DNA of 63,931 nt, filler included, from Limisphaerales bacterium (GCA_044225505.1; 4 parts of 4 records of this genome joined end to end with filler, not necessarily neighbours in it); one strand, 5' to 3'; counted from the first letter of the whole stretch, positions 21,179 through 31,424 are shown. Made by a program: numbers and translations. Notes: a model not told the origin generated them from the letters alone.

Positions 21179-23401
21179 TCAGTTGGTGCTTGGCGTCGGC
21201 GTCGGGCGGATACGTCGCGGCATGGTTAGAGGTTCGTCGGGTCGGCGACTAAGAGGAGGGCTATTGCGGTCCGTGGGCGAGCCAGGCTTTTGGTCAAGGC
21301 AATCGCGGAGCATGCGGAGGAGGCGTGCAGGTCCGTGTGGTTTGGGGAGGAAGTTTTGGCCTTCCAAGTAACTAAGGTCTTTCCCTCCCATCCCCGGGCT
21401 GTATCCACTGGTATAAATGACTTTCAGGCTTGGCTTCTCGGCTGTTAATCGATCAGCCACCTGCCAGCCCGAAAGCCCGCCTGGCATGATCATATCTGTA
21501 AACATCAGATCGATGCGGTCGCGGTGTTGCGCCCAGAGTTTACACGCTTCCGGCCCTGATCCTGCGAGAAGCACATGATAGCCATGGGCTTTGAGGACTT
21601 CGCCGATAAAATCGCGCACATCTTCCTCGTCTTCGACCACGAGAATGGTTTCATTGCCGCCGACGAGCGATTGGGGTGTCTGTGTGGTGGGACGCGATTC
21701 GGCAGAGCGTTGCAGGGTTGGGAGATAGATTGAGAAAGTGCTGCCCTGTCCCGGTAGACTTTGCACGTCTAACCAGCCCCGATGTTGTTGGACGATTCCA
21801 AATACAGTGGCTAGTCCGAGCCCTGTTCCTTTGCCTACGCCCTTGGTGGTAAAAAACGGTTCGAAAATGCGAGGCAGAACTTCTGGGGGTATGCCACAGC
21901 CGGTGTCCGACACGCGCAAGCACAAGAACGTTCCAGGACGGGAATCGCGATTCTGATGCGCTTGTTCGGGACGAATGTCAGATTGAGAAGCACTGATTGT
22001 CAGCAGTCCTCCTGGGGCCATCGCGTCGCGCGCATTCACGGCCAAGTTGATCAACATCTGTTCCATCATGGCCGGGTCCGCTTGAATCATCGGGAGTCCG
22101 TCGGCGGCTGTCACCTGGATGCGGATGTGCTCTCCGACCAGGCGGGGGAGCATCTCCGATAAGGTGGCAAGCGTCTCTTGCACTCGGAGCGGCTGCAGTT
22201 GCATGACTTGCTGGTGGCTAAACGTCAATAACTGCCGAACCAGTTTGGAGGCGCGATCGGCTGCGGCCGTGATCGTTTGCAGGGCTTTTCGGTCGGGACA
22301 CTCCGGCGGCTTAGTGGTAAGCAAAAGCGAGGCGTAACCTTGGACGACGGTCAAGACATTATTGAAATCGTGAGCGACTCCAGCGGCCATTTGTCCCATG
22401 GCTTCCATCTTTTGCGATTGGCGGAGTCTCTCTTCGAGTTTGGTTTGCGCTGAAACATCCTGCGCGATGTTCAGTAGGAATGGCTGTCCATCCAGTTCAA
22501 ACACCTCGACAGATAGCCGAATCTCGCGCACCTGTTTCATGCGGGTGTGCAAGCGGCAAGGTAAGTCGCGCACGGACATTTCCTCGCGCAGCCGCTGAAG
22601 GATGTTCGCTCCATCCCGGCCGTTGCCCCAAAGGCAGAGTTCCGAAGGGGTGTGGCCGATGAGTTCGGCCCGGCTAAATCCGGTCAATTCCTGGAAACCT
22701 TGATTCACATCCACGTAGCGCTCTTGCACCAGCGATTGAATTGCCAGAGGGATTGGACTAGCCTTGAAAGCTTTGGAAAACCGCTCTTCTGAGAGACGGA
22801 GGGCTTTTTCCATCTGCCGCCGTTCCGCAATTTCAGCTTTGAGCTCTTCGTTAGCCTTTTTCAACTCCGTGGTATGTTCTGCGACGACGCGGTCGAGGTC
22901 GCGCAGTCGAGATTCGATCTCGTGCTTCAGAGTCCATTTCTGGGTGAGCGCGTGGGCGAGTTGAAGGACTTCGATATTATCGAACGGCTTTTTCAGAATC
23001 ACCAAATTGTCCGAAACTCCAATCTGCTGGATCATCTGTTCCCAAGAGTAATCGGAATACGCTGTGCAGATTACAATTTGGAGATCCGGAAACTTCTCCC
23101 AAATTCGGGTGACGGTCTCGACTCCGTCCCAGCCTGGTGGCATACGGACGTCAACAAACGCCAGAGCGTATGGCCGATTTTCCTCCTGGGATTGCTGCAC
23201 TTTGGCCAGGCCTTCTTGGCCTTGGAACGCCGAGTCTATTTCGAAGGTCTGTTGTGTGGAGGCCGCGGGTTGTTCGTCGAAAAGGATGGCTTTGGTGTCC
23301 GACAAGGCGTTGTCCAGCTCACTAGTACCGCAAAGGATTTTCCGTATATCCTTGTGGATCGAGGGATTGTCGTCGATTACCAGAATGCGATTGTTCCGCA
23401 T
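21179..23401 (-). CDS. hybrid histidine kinase REC-PAS-HisKA-HATPase-REC
   Basis: QKMEAMGQMAAGVAHDFNN H-box, NLAVNARDAM, DTGCG, FFTTK..GKGTGLGL, N- and C-terminal receivers. Confidence 0.93.
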   Translation of the reverse strand: MRNNRILVIDDNPSIHKDIRKILCGTSELDNALSDTKAILFDEQPAASTQQTFEIDSAFQGQEGLAKVQQSQEENRPYALAFVDVRMPPGWDGVETVTRIWEKFPDLQIVICTAYSDYSWEQMIQQIGVSDNLVILKKPFDNIEVLQLAHALTQKWTLKHEIESRLRDLDRVVAEHTTELKKANEELKAEIAERRQMEKALRLSEERFSKAFKASPIPLAIQSLVQERYVDVNQGFQELTGFSRAELIGHTPSELCLWGNGRDGANILQRLREEMSVRDLPCRLHTRMKQVREIRLSVEVFELDGQPFLLNIAQDVSAQTKLEERLRQSQKMEAMGQMAAGVAHDFNNVLTVVQGYASLLLTTKPPECPDRKALQTITAAADRASKLVRQLLTFSHQQVMQLQPLRVQETLATLSEMLPRLVGEHIRIQVTAADGLPMIQADPAMMEQMLINLAVNARDAMAPGGLLTISASQSDIRPEQAHQNRDSRPGTFLCLRVSDTGCGIPPEVLPRIFEPFFTTKGVGKGTGLGLATVFGIVQQHRGWLDVQSLPGQGSTFSIYLPTLQRSAESRPTTQTPQSLVGGNETILVVEDEEDVRDFIGEVLKAHGYHVLLAGSGPEACKLWAQHRDRIDLMFTDMIMPGGLSGWQVADRLTAEKPSLKVIYTSGYSPGMGGKDLSYLEGQNFLPKPHGPARLLRMLRDCLDQKPGSPTDRNSPPLSRRPDEPLTMPRRIRPTPTPSTN

Positions 23402-24067
23402 AGGGGCTAGAACGTCATTGGTTGCAGTGCCTTTAGGGAATTCATCAAATGTTGATTCCTCGCTTCCGGTTCCATCCCACCCAGGAACAGAGCCGCTCTA
23501 TTTGTGGGCACTTCTGCGGTTTTGAGACACTGCCGCGCGCTCGGGGTTGGGGTAGGGCGCTCTCTCAACAACAGAGCGAACCGGTTTCCGCCTATTGTGA
23601 AGCATTTCACCTTCGCTGAGCGGCGACATTTGCCGATGCCTGCCCCCGTTGGGCGGGGCGCAGCGCCAGCGGCCGCTGGTCTCGACGGGACTGTAACTAT
23701 TTGATAGTGAGTCATTCTGCAACACGGCAGCAGCGGCTGCCTTCACTCCGAATGAGGCGATCTTGTACTCTCGTTCCCAGGGTCAAGCAGCTCTTATTCC
23801 AGGCCTGCTCCAAGGTTCGGTCGATCGGTGAAGCTCCTGACGACAGGGGCTGGCGGCCAGGTGACGCACGGCGATGCTTCCACGTTTCGGCGTCGGTTTG
23901 AAACTGGATTGCAGGGAAGTTGCTGGATCTGGCCTAATGTTCGCCTTTTCCGTCGAGTGAACCCCGCTCTTCCCTCCCGTCGATTCAAAGTCTGATTGCC
24001 GATGTCGGCCGTTCAAAGTCCTACTAATTTTATTGCCAGACCCGGTTGCTTATCGGAAAAGAAGATC

Positions 24068-25420
24068 ATGAACCGACGTCAGTTCCTTCGTTCGACCGGC
24101 CTTGGACTCGCCGCAGTCAATCTAAGCCCTGGGGTGTTGCGATCTGCGGAGACGGCTTCTCCGAACAATCGTATTAACATTGCTGGGATCGGCATCGGAA
24201 GTCAGGGAGGCGCCGACATCGATGCCGTGGCTGGCGAGGGCCAGAATATTGTCGCCCTCTGTGACGTTGACGAGAACTACGCCGCGAAGAAGTTTGCCCA
24301 GTACCCGCAAGCCAAGCGGTTCAAGGATTTCCGGGTCATGCTTGATACAATGGGTGCTGAGATTGACGCCGTCGTGATCGGCACTCCAGACCACACCCAT
24401 GCCGTCATTGCGATGGAAGCTATGAAGCGCGGCAAACATGTTTACTGTGAGAAGCCTTTGGCTCACTCCATCGATGAGGTGCGAAAGCTCATGGCTGCGG
24501 CAAAACAGTACAAGGTGGTCAGTCAGTTAGGCAACCAGGGCCATTCCAGTGATGCCATTCGACGGCTTTGTGAGTGGGTGTGGGCCGGGGCGATTGGATC
24601 TGTCCGTTCGGTGCACGCCGCCTGCGACGCCTTTCCCAACGTGTATTGCCAAATGGAGAACCTGGAGAAACTAAACCAAACCTATGAGGTGCCCAAAGGC
24701 TTGGATTATGAGCTCTGGATTGGGCCCGTTCCTTTCCGGCCGTACACTCCGCTCTGGGTTCATTGGAATTGGCGAGGCTGGATGCCGTTTGGCACCGGCA
24801 CAATTGGAGACTGGTTCTGTCATGTTATGGATCCAACGTTTTGGGCCTTGCACCTCGACGCGCCATCCAGCGTTCGCGCGGAAGTGAAGGACTACAATCC
24901 GCGCCAGCACGGCCTGACTTATCCACCTGGGAGCAAGATTACCTTTGAGTTCCCGGCCAAAGACGGCCGCGCGCCTGTGCAAGTGGTCTGGCACGACGGC
25001 AAGGAACGCCTCGCTAAACCCCAAGATTTTCCAGCGGACGAAAAGATGCCTGGGACCGGGGCGGTTCTTTATGGGGAGTCAGGCGCGATCGTTCATGGGT
25101 CGCACGGTGCGGGCGGCTGCCATCTGGTTCCCGATGAACTCATGAACCGCTATTCCGGCAAGAATGCGCCGCCGGAAAAGATCGCTCGCGTCAAGAGCCA
25201 TGCGTGGGACTGGTTAGAGGCAATCCGAACCGGGCGCCAAGCGGGATCGAATTTCGCCTACGGCGGACCTCTGACCGAGGCGGCTCTGCTCGGGGCCATT
25301 GCCATTCGGTTTCCTGGCGAAACGCTGACTTGGGATGCAAAACAAGCGCGCATCACGAATCATGAGGCAGCGAACGGGTTCGTTAACCCGCCCTATCGGA
25401 ATGGTTGGACGCTCTCCTGA
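24068..25420 (+). CDS. Gfo/Idh/MocA family oxidoreductase, Tat-exported
   Basis: MNRRQFL Tat motif, GIGIGSQG, TPDHTH, GKHVYCEKP. Confidence 0.92.
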   Translation: MNRRQFLRSTGLGLAAVNLSPGVLRSAETASPNNRINIAGIGIGSQGGADIDAVAGEGQNIVALCDVDENYAAKKFAQYPQAKRFKDFRVMLDTMGAEIDAVVIGTPDHTHAVIAMEAMKRGKHVYCEKPLAHSIDEVRKLMAAAKQYKVVSQLGNQGHSSDAIRRLCEWVWAGAIGSVRSVHAACDAFPNVYCQMENLEKLNQTYEVPKGLDYELWIGPVPFRPYTPLWVHWNWRGWMPFGTGTIGDWFCHVMDPTFWALHLDAPSSVRAEVKDYNPRQHGLTYPPGSKITFEFPAKDGRAPVQVVWHDGKERLAKPQDFPADEKMPGTGAVLYGESGAIVHGSHGAGGCHLVPDELMNRYSGKNAPPEKIARVKSHAWDWLEAIRTGRQAGSNFAYGGPLTEAALLGAIAIRFPGETLTWDAKQARITNHEAANGFVNPPYRNGWTLS

Positions 25421-25427
25421 CGGGCTT

Positions 25428-25467
25428 CACCGGCTGCGGGTTGAACCGAGTGGCACCCGCTTCCGGT
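25428..25467 (+). terminator. imperfect GC-rich hairpin after the oxidoreductase
   Basis: ACCGG-CT-GCGGGT...ACCCGC-TT-CCGGT just after the stop; poor U-tract. Confidence 0.35.
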
Positions 25468-25597
25468 CGGTTTGTTCACATGGCTCGTTGGTGCTCGACG
25501 GGAATGACGCGTCTGATGCGAGGCCTTAGGTAAGACGGATTGTCCCATGCGGTCGTTTGACTTGATGGAGTGCTTTGTTACGCTCTGACAAGCGATT

Positions 25598-27367
25598 ATG
25601 GCCAATCCTTCTCTCGCCCGTTTGCGTAAGCTGCAACAGCAAGCTCAAGAGCTGTTGCGCGAAAAGGACCTGCCAATTCCAGACGAATCCGAAATGTCCT
25701 GGGGACGGGTCCTGGTCCTTTTCGCGGCCCGCGTTTATCATTCGTTTGTTCGAAATCGATGTCCAATTCGGGCGGCGGCGTTGGCCTATACCAACCTTCT
25801 CGCTTTGGTGCCGCTGCTGGCGGTGGCGGTTAGTGTTTCCGCTGGGTTGCTGAAGAGCCAGGGAGAACAGTCCATCCAAGACTGGATTCGAGAGGGGATC
25901 ACCCGGGTCGCCCCGATGCTTGGGCTGAAACGAGTCGGAGACGATGCTCTGTTCAGCGTGGACGACATCGAAGACACCGCGCTGGACCGGCTTGTGGTGC
26001 GCCTGGAAACGGGCGTGAATCCTGTGTCGCGTTATCTCTGGGATACGCGTTTCTTGCCCCAGAGCAAAACGGTTCTGACAAATGCGACTCTGCCTGCGAG
26101 TGAGCGCAAGCCAGTGTTTACCGCGGAGCTGAACAAGGTGATTCAGGGCGGAGTGGTCTACGAGCCGCAGCGCTTTGCCAAAGTCGTGTTATCGGCCAAG
26201 AGCCGGGCCCTGCTCGCGAAAGCACCCACTGGCCCAGAACTTGCCCAGCTCAATCGCTCGCTTCTGTCCGATACGTATCATATTGGGGAAGATCCCCTTG
26301 ATACCGTGACGTCCCAGATCACCAATTTCGTCTCGAATTTCCAGAGCGGCAAACTGGGTGTTTCGGCCGTCCTGGCGCTCGTTTTTGTGGCCATTTCGCT
26401 CTTGTCGACCGTGGAGTCTACGTTCAACGATATTTGGGGAATCACGCGTGGCCGCGGGTGGTTCGCCCGTGTCGTGCAGTATTGGGCCGCTCTGACGCTC
26501 GGGCCGATGTTTCTCTTTTCCGCGTTAACTCTGACGACCTGGGCCAAAGCCTCGCAACAAGTGGTCGAGCAGTTGCCTTTGGCGCATCTATTGATACCGT
26601 TCTTTGTCCCCTTGGTCATTTTGAGCTTAGGGTGTGCTTTGCTTTATCTCGTCATGCCGAATACCAGAGTTCCATGGCGCGCCGCTCTGTTGGGAGGATT
26701 CGTCGCTGGAGGACTCCTTCAACTCAACAGCTATTTCAATGTCCTCTACGTTTCTCGTGTGCTCACTTATAAACAAATCTACGGGAGCATGGCCGCGCTC
26801 CCGCTCTTCCTGCTGGGGCTCTATTTCTCCTGGCTTCTGGTCCTACTCGGTGCCCAAGTCACTTATGCCTACCAGAATCGGCAGACTTACGCTCAAGAGA
26901 AGAAAGCCGAGACGGTCACCCAGCGGGGGCGCGAGTTTGTGGCCTTTCGCTTAATGACTCTGGTGGCGCAAACGTTTCAGTTGGGGCAGCGACCTCCAAC
27001 GGTTTGCGAAATTTCGGAGCGGCTCTTGGTCCCGTTGCGCCTGGCCAGCCAGATTACCAGCCAGCTTGTCCAAGCGGGTTTGCTCTTGGAAGTGGCGGGC
27101 TCGGAAAGCGGCTACACCCCCGGCCGCCCATTGGCCTGCGTCACTTTGCGCGATGTTCTGAATGCCATGCGGGTGGGGCAGGGACCTCAACAGCTCCTCA
27201 CCAGTGATGATTCGGCCCGCGCGATCGTCCAACACGAGTTCGAATCCGTCGAGCAAGCCTGGGCGAAAGCGGCTGACGCTCTCAATTTCGAAGATTTGAT
27301 TGAGCGCATTCCAGAGCCTGCGGACAAATCGGTTCGGTCCGAGAAGAGCGGAGACACTGGCGCTTGA
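25598..27367 (+). CDS. YihY/BrkB family membrane protein with periplasmic insert and C-terminal Rrf2-like wHTH
   Basis: RAAALAYTNLLALVP, ESTFNDIW, YGSMAALPLFLLGLYFSW.LVLLGA; the C-terminal GYTPGRP..VTLRDVL segment is Rrf2-like. Confidence 0.85.
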   Translation: MANPSLARLRKLQQQAQELLREKDLPIPDESEMSWGRVLVLFAARVYHSFVRNRCPIRAAALAYTNLLALVPLLAVAVSVSAGLLKSQGEQSIQDWIREGITRVAPMLGLKRVGDDALFSVDDIEDTALDRLVVRLETGVNPVSRYLWDTRFLPQSKTVLTNATLPASERKPVFTAELNKVIQGGVVYEPQRFAKVVLSAKSRALLAKAPTGPELAQLNRSLLSDTYHIGEDPLDTVTSQITNFVSNFQSGKLGVSAVLALVFVAISLLSTVESTFNDIWGITRGRGWFARVVQYWAALTLGPMFLFSALTLTTWAKASQQVVEQLPLAHLLIPFFVPLVILSLGCALLYLVMPNTRVPWRAALLGGFVAGGLLQLNSYFNVLYVSRVLTYKQIYGSMAALPLFLLGLYFSWLLVLLGAQVTYAYQNRQTYAQEKKAETVTQRGREFVAFRLMTLVAQTFQLGQRPPTVCEISERLLVPLRLASQITSQLVQAGLLLEVAGSESGYTPGRPLACVTLRDVLNAMRVGQGPQQLLTSDDSARAIVQHEFESVEQAWAKAADALNFEDLIERIPEPADKSVRSEKSGDTGA

Positions 27368-27464
27368 ACTTGTCCCACGCCGACGGCCTCTCGAAATCGA
27401 TGGTTTTCTGCTTGCAACTCCTACTGCCGAAGCGCTTAGTGACAACTCCGTTCCCATTACGAAG

Positions 27465-29015
27465 ATGAGGTTTATCATTTCTGCATTGGACACCGACACC
27501 GGCGTTCCCAGGCCGTTCGCTTGGAGCCGCTGGGTGCTAGGGCTGTTGGTTTTCTCCACTCTTCTGCCTCCCGCTCATGGTCAGGCGCCCGCGGCCTCGG
27601 CTTTGGCCAAGGAGCCCAAACCGGTTGTTGCGCCCGCCACAAACTCTTTTAGTCCGTCTGTCTACAAGACGTTTGCCGAATGGAAAGCGGCGTGCAACCG
27701 GTTGCCGATGAACCGGGCGCAAAAGTCTGCGTTGCCTCCGGCCAATCTCCTGCCGCTAAAGACCTTTGCTCCGTTTGTGGAAGCGCTCGAGGCGTTCTTC
27801 AAACTGTCGAGCGCCGGCCCGCTCGCTCGCGACGAAAACTGGTTGGGCACCGGCCCGGTCAAGCCACAGTTCTTTAATACCGACTCTGTTTATTTCTTGC
27901 GCCCTTCCATTCCGTTTCAACCTTTTGTGCAACGCCATCTTGTCGCGCCAGAGACGCTGCTCTTCTTTCACGGAGATTTTCATGGCGATATCCACTCCCT
28001 GGTGGCATGGATCGATTGGCTGAATCGCGAGGGCTACTTACGAGATTTTAAGATTATTCGGCCAGGTGTCGAATTGGTGTTCCTGGGCGACTATACCGAT
28101 CGCGGGATTTACGGCGTGGAAGTCCTTTACACCATGCTTCGGCTGAAGTTGGAAAACCCGGAGCATGTTCTCATGGTCCGGGGAAATCATGAAGACGTGA
28201 GCCTTGCGAGTCGATACGGGTTCATGGCGGAAGGCCGAGGCAAGTACGGCCGTGACTTTGACGCGAAGCGCGTCATGCGTCTCTACGATTTCCTTCCGGT
28301 CGCGCTTTACCTCGGTTGCGAAGCAAATGTTCTGCAGTGCAATCATGGAGGGATGGAACCCGGGTTTGATCCGCGTCCGCTCCTGCAGGCACCGGACGGA
28401 ATTCAGTATCAGTTGCTTGGCCGATTGAATCAACAGCAGTTCCTGCTCGAACATCCTAAGTTTGCAGGTGGCGTTCCTGCCCAGGGCCGACGCTTAATGG
28501 ATTCTACTCTCCTGGATTTCCAGCCCGAGACACCTACCACTCCCGTGGTCATAGGGTTTATGTGGAATGATTTCTCGGTCGTTCGCGGGGAAGCACCGTT
28601 CGATTTTGATCCAGGGCGCGCGTTTATTTACGGCGAGAGCACGACAAAATACCTGCTCAACGAGTTTAGCTCCCCGACTCGGCGAATTCAGGGTGTCTTC
28701 CGGGCACACCAGCACGCCACGATCATGAATAGCATGATGCGGCGGCTCAAGGCCGGCCACGGAGTCTACCGGCATTGGCAGGAAAACGATTCGCTCGGTC
28801 TTTTGGAAGCGGAGCCCGCTGTCATTGCCTCCAAAATCGACGTTTCTGAGGAACGCCGCATTCCCTCGAACTCCGTTTGGACCTTCAATGTCGCCCCGGA
28901 TAGCGTTTACGGAGATGCTTGCGATTTTAATTTCGACACCTTCGGCATCCTGAAAGTCTCCAAAGCTTTCGATGACTGGCGCTTACGTGTGGTCAACCAG
29001 ACCATTCGGAGGTGA
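27465..29015 (+). CDS. secreted PPP-family metallophosphoesterase (Ser/Thr protein phosphatase-like)
   Basis: GDFHG, GDYTDRG, RGNHE, HGG, MWND, RAHQ motifs; hydrophobic signal ending PAHG. Start uncertain. Confidence 0.82.
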   Translation: MRFIISALDTDTGVPRPFAWSRWVLGLLVFSTLLPPAHGQAPAASALAKEPKPVVAPATNSFSPSVYKTFAEWKAACNRLPMNRAQKSALPPANLLPLKTFAPFVEALEAFFKLSSAGPLARDENWLGTGPVKPQFFNTDSVYFLRPSIPFQPFVQRHLVAPETLLFFHGDFHGDIHSLVAWIDWLNREGYLRDFKIIRPGVELVFLGDYTDRGIYGVEVLYTMLRLKLENPEHVLMVRGNHEDVSLASRYGFMAEGRGKYGRDFDAKRVMRLYDFLPVALYLGCEANVLQCNHGGMEPGFDPRPLLQAPDGIQYQLLGRLNQQQFLLEHPKFAGGVPAQGRRLMDSTLLDFQPETPTTPVVIGFMWNDFSVVRGEAPFDFDPGRAFIYGESTTKYLLNEFSSPTRRIQGVFRAHQHATIMNSMMRRLKAGHGVYRHWQENDSLGLLEAEPAVIASKIDVSEERRIPSNSVWTFNVAPDSVYGDACDFNFDTFGILKVSKAFDDWRLRVVNQTIRR

Positions 29016-29194
29016 TTCGGGCTGGGCGCGCCCATCGACGTTTCCCTGAAACGGGTTGCGCGACTGAAGGGCGGAGCTGGCGAGTTGTGTTCCGCGCCTG
29101 CCAAACTAGAACTCCAACGGCCGCGGTTCATTTGCTGGGAGTTAGTGAAACGACCGAATGTTAACGCGTCTGGTCTGATCTGGGTCACCCCTGG

Positions 29195-29294
29195 NNNNNN
29201 NNNNNNNNNNNNNNNNNNNNNNNNNNNNNNNNNNNNNNTTAATTAATTAANNNNNNNNNNNNNNNNNNNNNNNNNNNNNNNNNNNNNNNNNNNN
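29195..29294. other. artificial contig-joining spacer
   Basis: 44 N + TTAATTAATTAA (stops in all six frames) + 44 N. Confidence 0.98.
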
Positions 29295-30744
29295 GTATGC
29301 CCCGCCCGGTCCGCCCAGTTAATGAGTCACCCAGCTCCACACGCGCTCGTTCGGCTTCCGCCAGCAGACGTTGGACGATCTTTGGATACTGCGCCGCGAC
29401 GTTTCTTTGTTCAGAAAGGTCAGCCGCTAAATCGTAAAGTTGATCCTCCTCTAGCTTGACCTGGTCATATGGAATAGGTGTTCCGTCATCTTTTCCAATT
29501 CTTCCGGACAGCGTACGGAAGGTGTGCGGGAGTTGCAGTTTCCAGCGCCCATCCGCACTGAGGACCGACTGGAGTTGGTTGTTTTCGTAATAAATCCAGT
29601 AACTCGCGTGCGGGTTCCGTGCGCCCCGCCGCCCGGAGACGATGGGCCAGACGTCCAGGCCATCGATCGTACGTTTGGGTAGGTCCGCTCCAATTCGTTT
29701 TGCGACGGTAGGAAACAGGTCGATTGTCATGAGCATTTGATGACTCTCCGAATTAGCCGGAATTTGACCAGGCCACCGCATGATGCATGGCACGCGCAGC
29801 CCACCTTCCCAAGCTGTCCCCTTGCCCTCGCGCAACGGCGACGCGGATCCCGAGTGCGTTCCATAGCTCAGCCATGGCCCATTGTCGGACGCGAATATCA
29901 CCCAGGTCCGTTCCGCGAGGCCATTTTGGTCGAGCGCGCGTAATACTTGTCCAACCGACCAATCAATCTCTTCGATGACATCGCCATAGAGTCCGCGCTG
30001 AGTCTTCCCGCGGAATGCACTGCTAACATGCAGGGGCACATGGGGCATGTTGTGCGCCAGGTAGAGGAAGAATGGCTGCCGTGTGTGGCGGTTGATAAAG
30101 TCGACCGCGCGCCGGGTGTAAGCAACGGTCAGTTGGTCCTGGTCCTCGGCGGTCACATTCGGATTGACGATCTGATCGCCGTCAAACCAGGGAAGCGGCG
30201 GATATCCTCCCTTCTCTTTGGCTTTGCCTGGCGGGAGATTCACAAGCTCCGGGTGGAACGGCCACATGTCATTCGAATAGGGCAGTCCGAAGTACTCATC
30301 GAAGCCATGCTGGCGAGGCAGGAATTTTGGCGCATCACCAAGATGCCACTTCCCAACGATCGCAGACGCGTAGCCTTTCTGACCTACCAACTCGGCCAGC
30401 GTCGTTTCATCGGCACTGAGGCCAACCCTCGATCCGGGACTGAGCGCTCCGTGGATTCCTAGACGATTCGGATAACACCCTGTCAATAACGCCGCGCGCG
30501 ACGCTGAACAGACAGCCTGCGCCACATGAAAATTTCGAAATGTCCTGCCTTCTCTGGCCAATCGATCAAGATTTGGCGTCTGAAACCCTTTGGCTCCAAA
30601 ACCCCCGACATCGGAGTAACCCTGGTCGTCCGTGAAGATGATGACGATATTGGGAAGTCCAGCTCTTCCACGCATCGTCTGGGCGGCAGGTGAAGCGGAA
30701 AGCAATACCCAACCCGCGAAAACGGCCCATGCCAATGATCTCAT
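29295..30744 (-). CDS. arylsulfatase (S1 family), 3' end cut by contig edge
   Basis: Signal peptide, IFTDDQG, CSASRAALLTG formylglycine motif, GKWHLG, SDNGP. Confidence 0.92.
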
Positions 30745-30824
30745 AGCGTAGGCCGTTACCTGGAAGCAGTCGCTTTGGCAACACCATTTCCGAGCGCCTC
30801 TGCGTCAGAGCTCCGATCGTCCGA

Positions 30825-31247
30825 TCAATGGTGAGACTCGCGACCGCCCGAACCCCGCACTTGACCAGCCGTGCCAGCAAGTTCGCGCAATTGATCGAGT
30901 ACCCTCGCGGGTTTTCGCGGACTCTCTTCGTATTGCTGACGGTTCACTTGCGTCGGGGAGATTTTATCCCCAAGCCGCGGCATAACTTTGGCCGTCGCTG
31001 TGTTCACCTTCTTGGACAGAGCGCGCACCTTCTTGCTCCCGGTAGGCGTTACCGCAGCGTCTAATACTGCGTTCACCACATCCGCCGGATCGTCCAGAGG
31101 GCTCGGAAGGTTGGGCTCTTTGCCCAGATAGTTTTTCGCATGCTGCGGGAATGGGGTATTTGTGGCCGACGGCTGAATAAGCGTAATTGAGACCGGGGCT
31201 TTCTCGACTTCTTCGACGTTGAAAAGCTCGAAGGCCCAGCACGCAAC
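30825..31247 (-). pseudogene. C-terminal remnant of an SDR oxidoreductase
   Basis: One open frame reads EEVEKAPVSITLIQPSATNTPFPQHAKNYLGKEPNLPSP..DPADVVNAVLDAA...NTATAKVMPRLGDK...RQQYEE, typical of an SDR C-terminal half. An in-frame stop lies upstream, and there is no Rossmann or YxxxK region. Confidence 0.6.
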
Positions 31248-31424
31248 TTACTGTCGAGGTTTGCGCTGGCATTCACTCGCAGAGCCTAACCCAGGCCAGG
31301 CGCAATTCCACGGTTCGGCACCCATTTCAACGACTTTCGGGTTGTTTTCCGGAGATCCCTGATGTTCACGTCCGGACCTTGTGCAACTGCGCGAGCAGGA
31401 GCGAGAACCGTTTGAGCGCTCGTG

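Noticed and set aside
29239..29250. TTAATTAATTAA recurring three times within N runs
   Set aside because: Artificial six-frame-stop linker, not biological. Gene adjacency across these spacers (e.g. integrase next to GH44) is meaningless.
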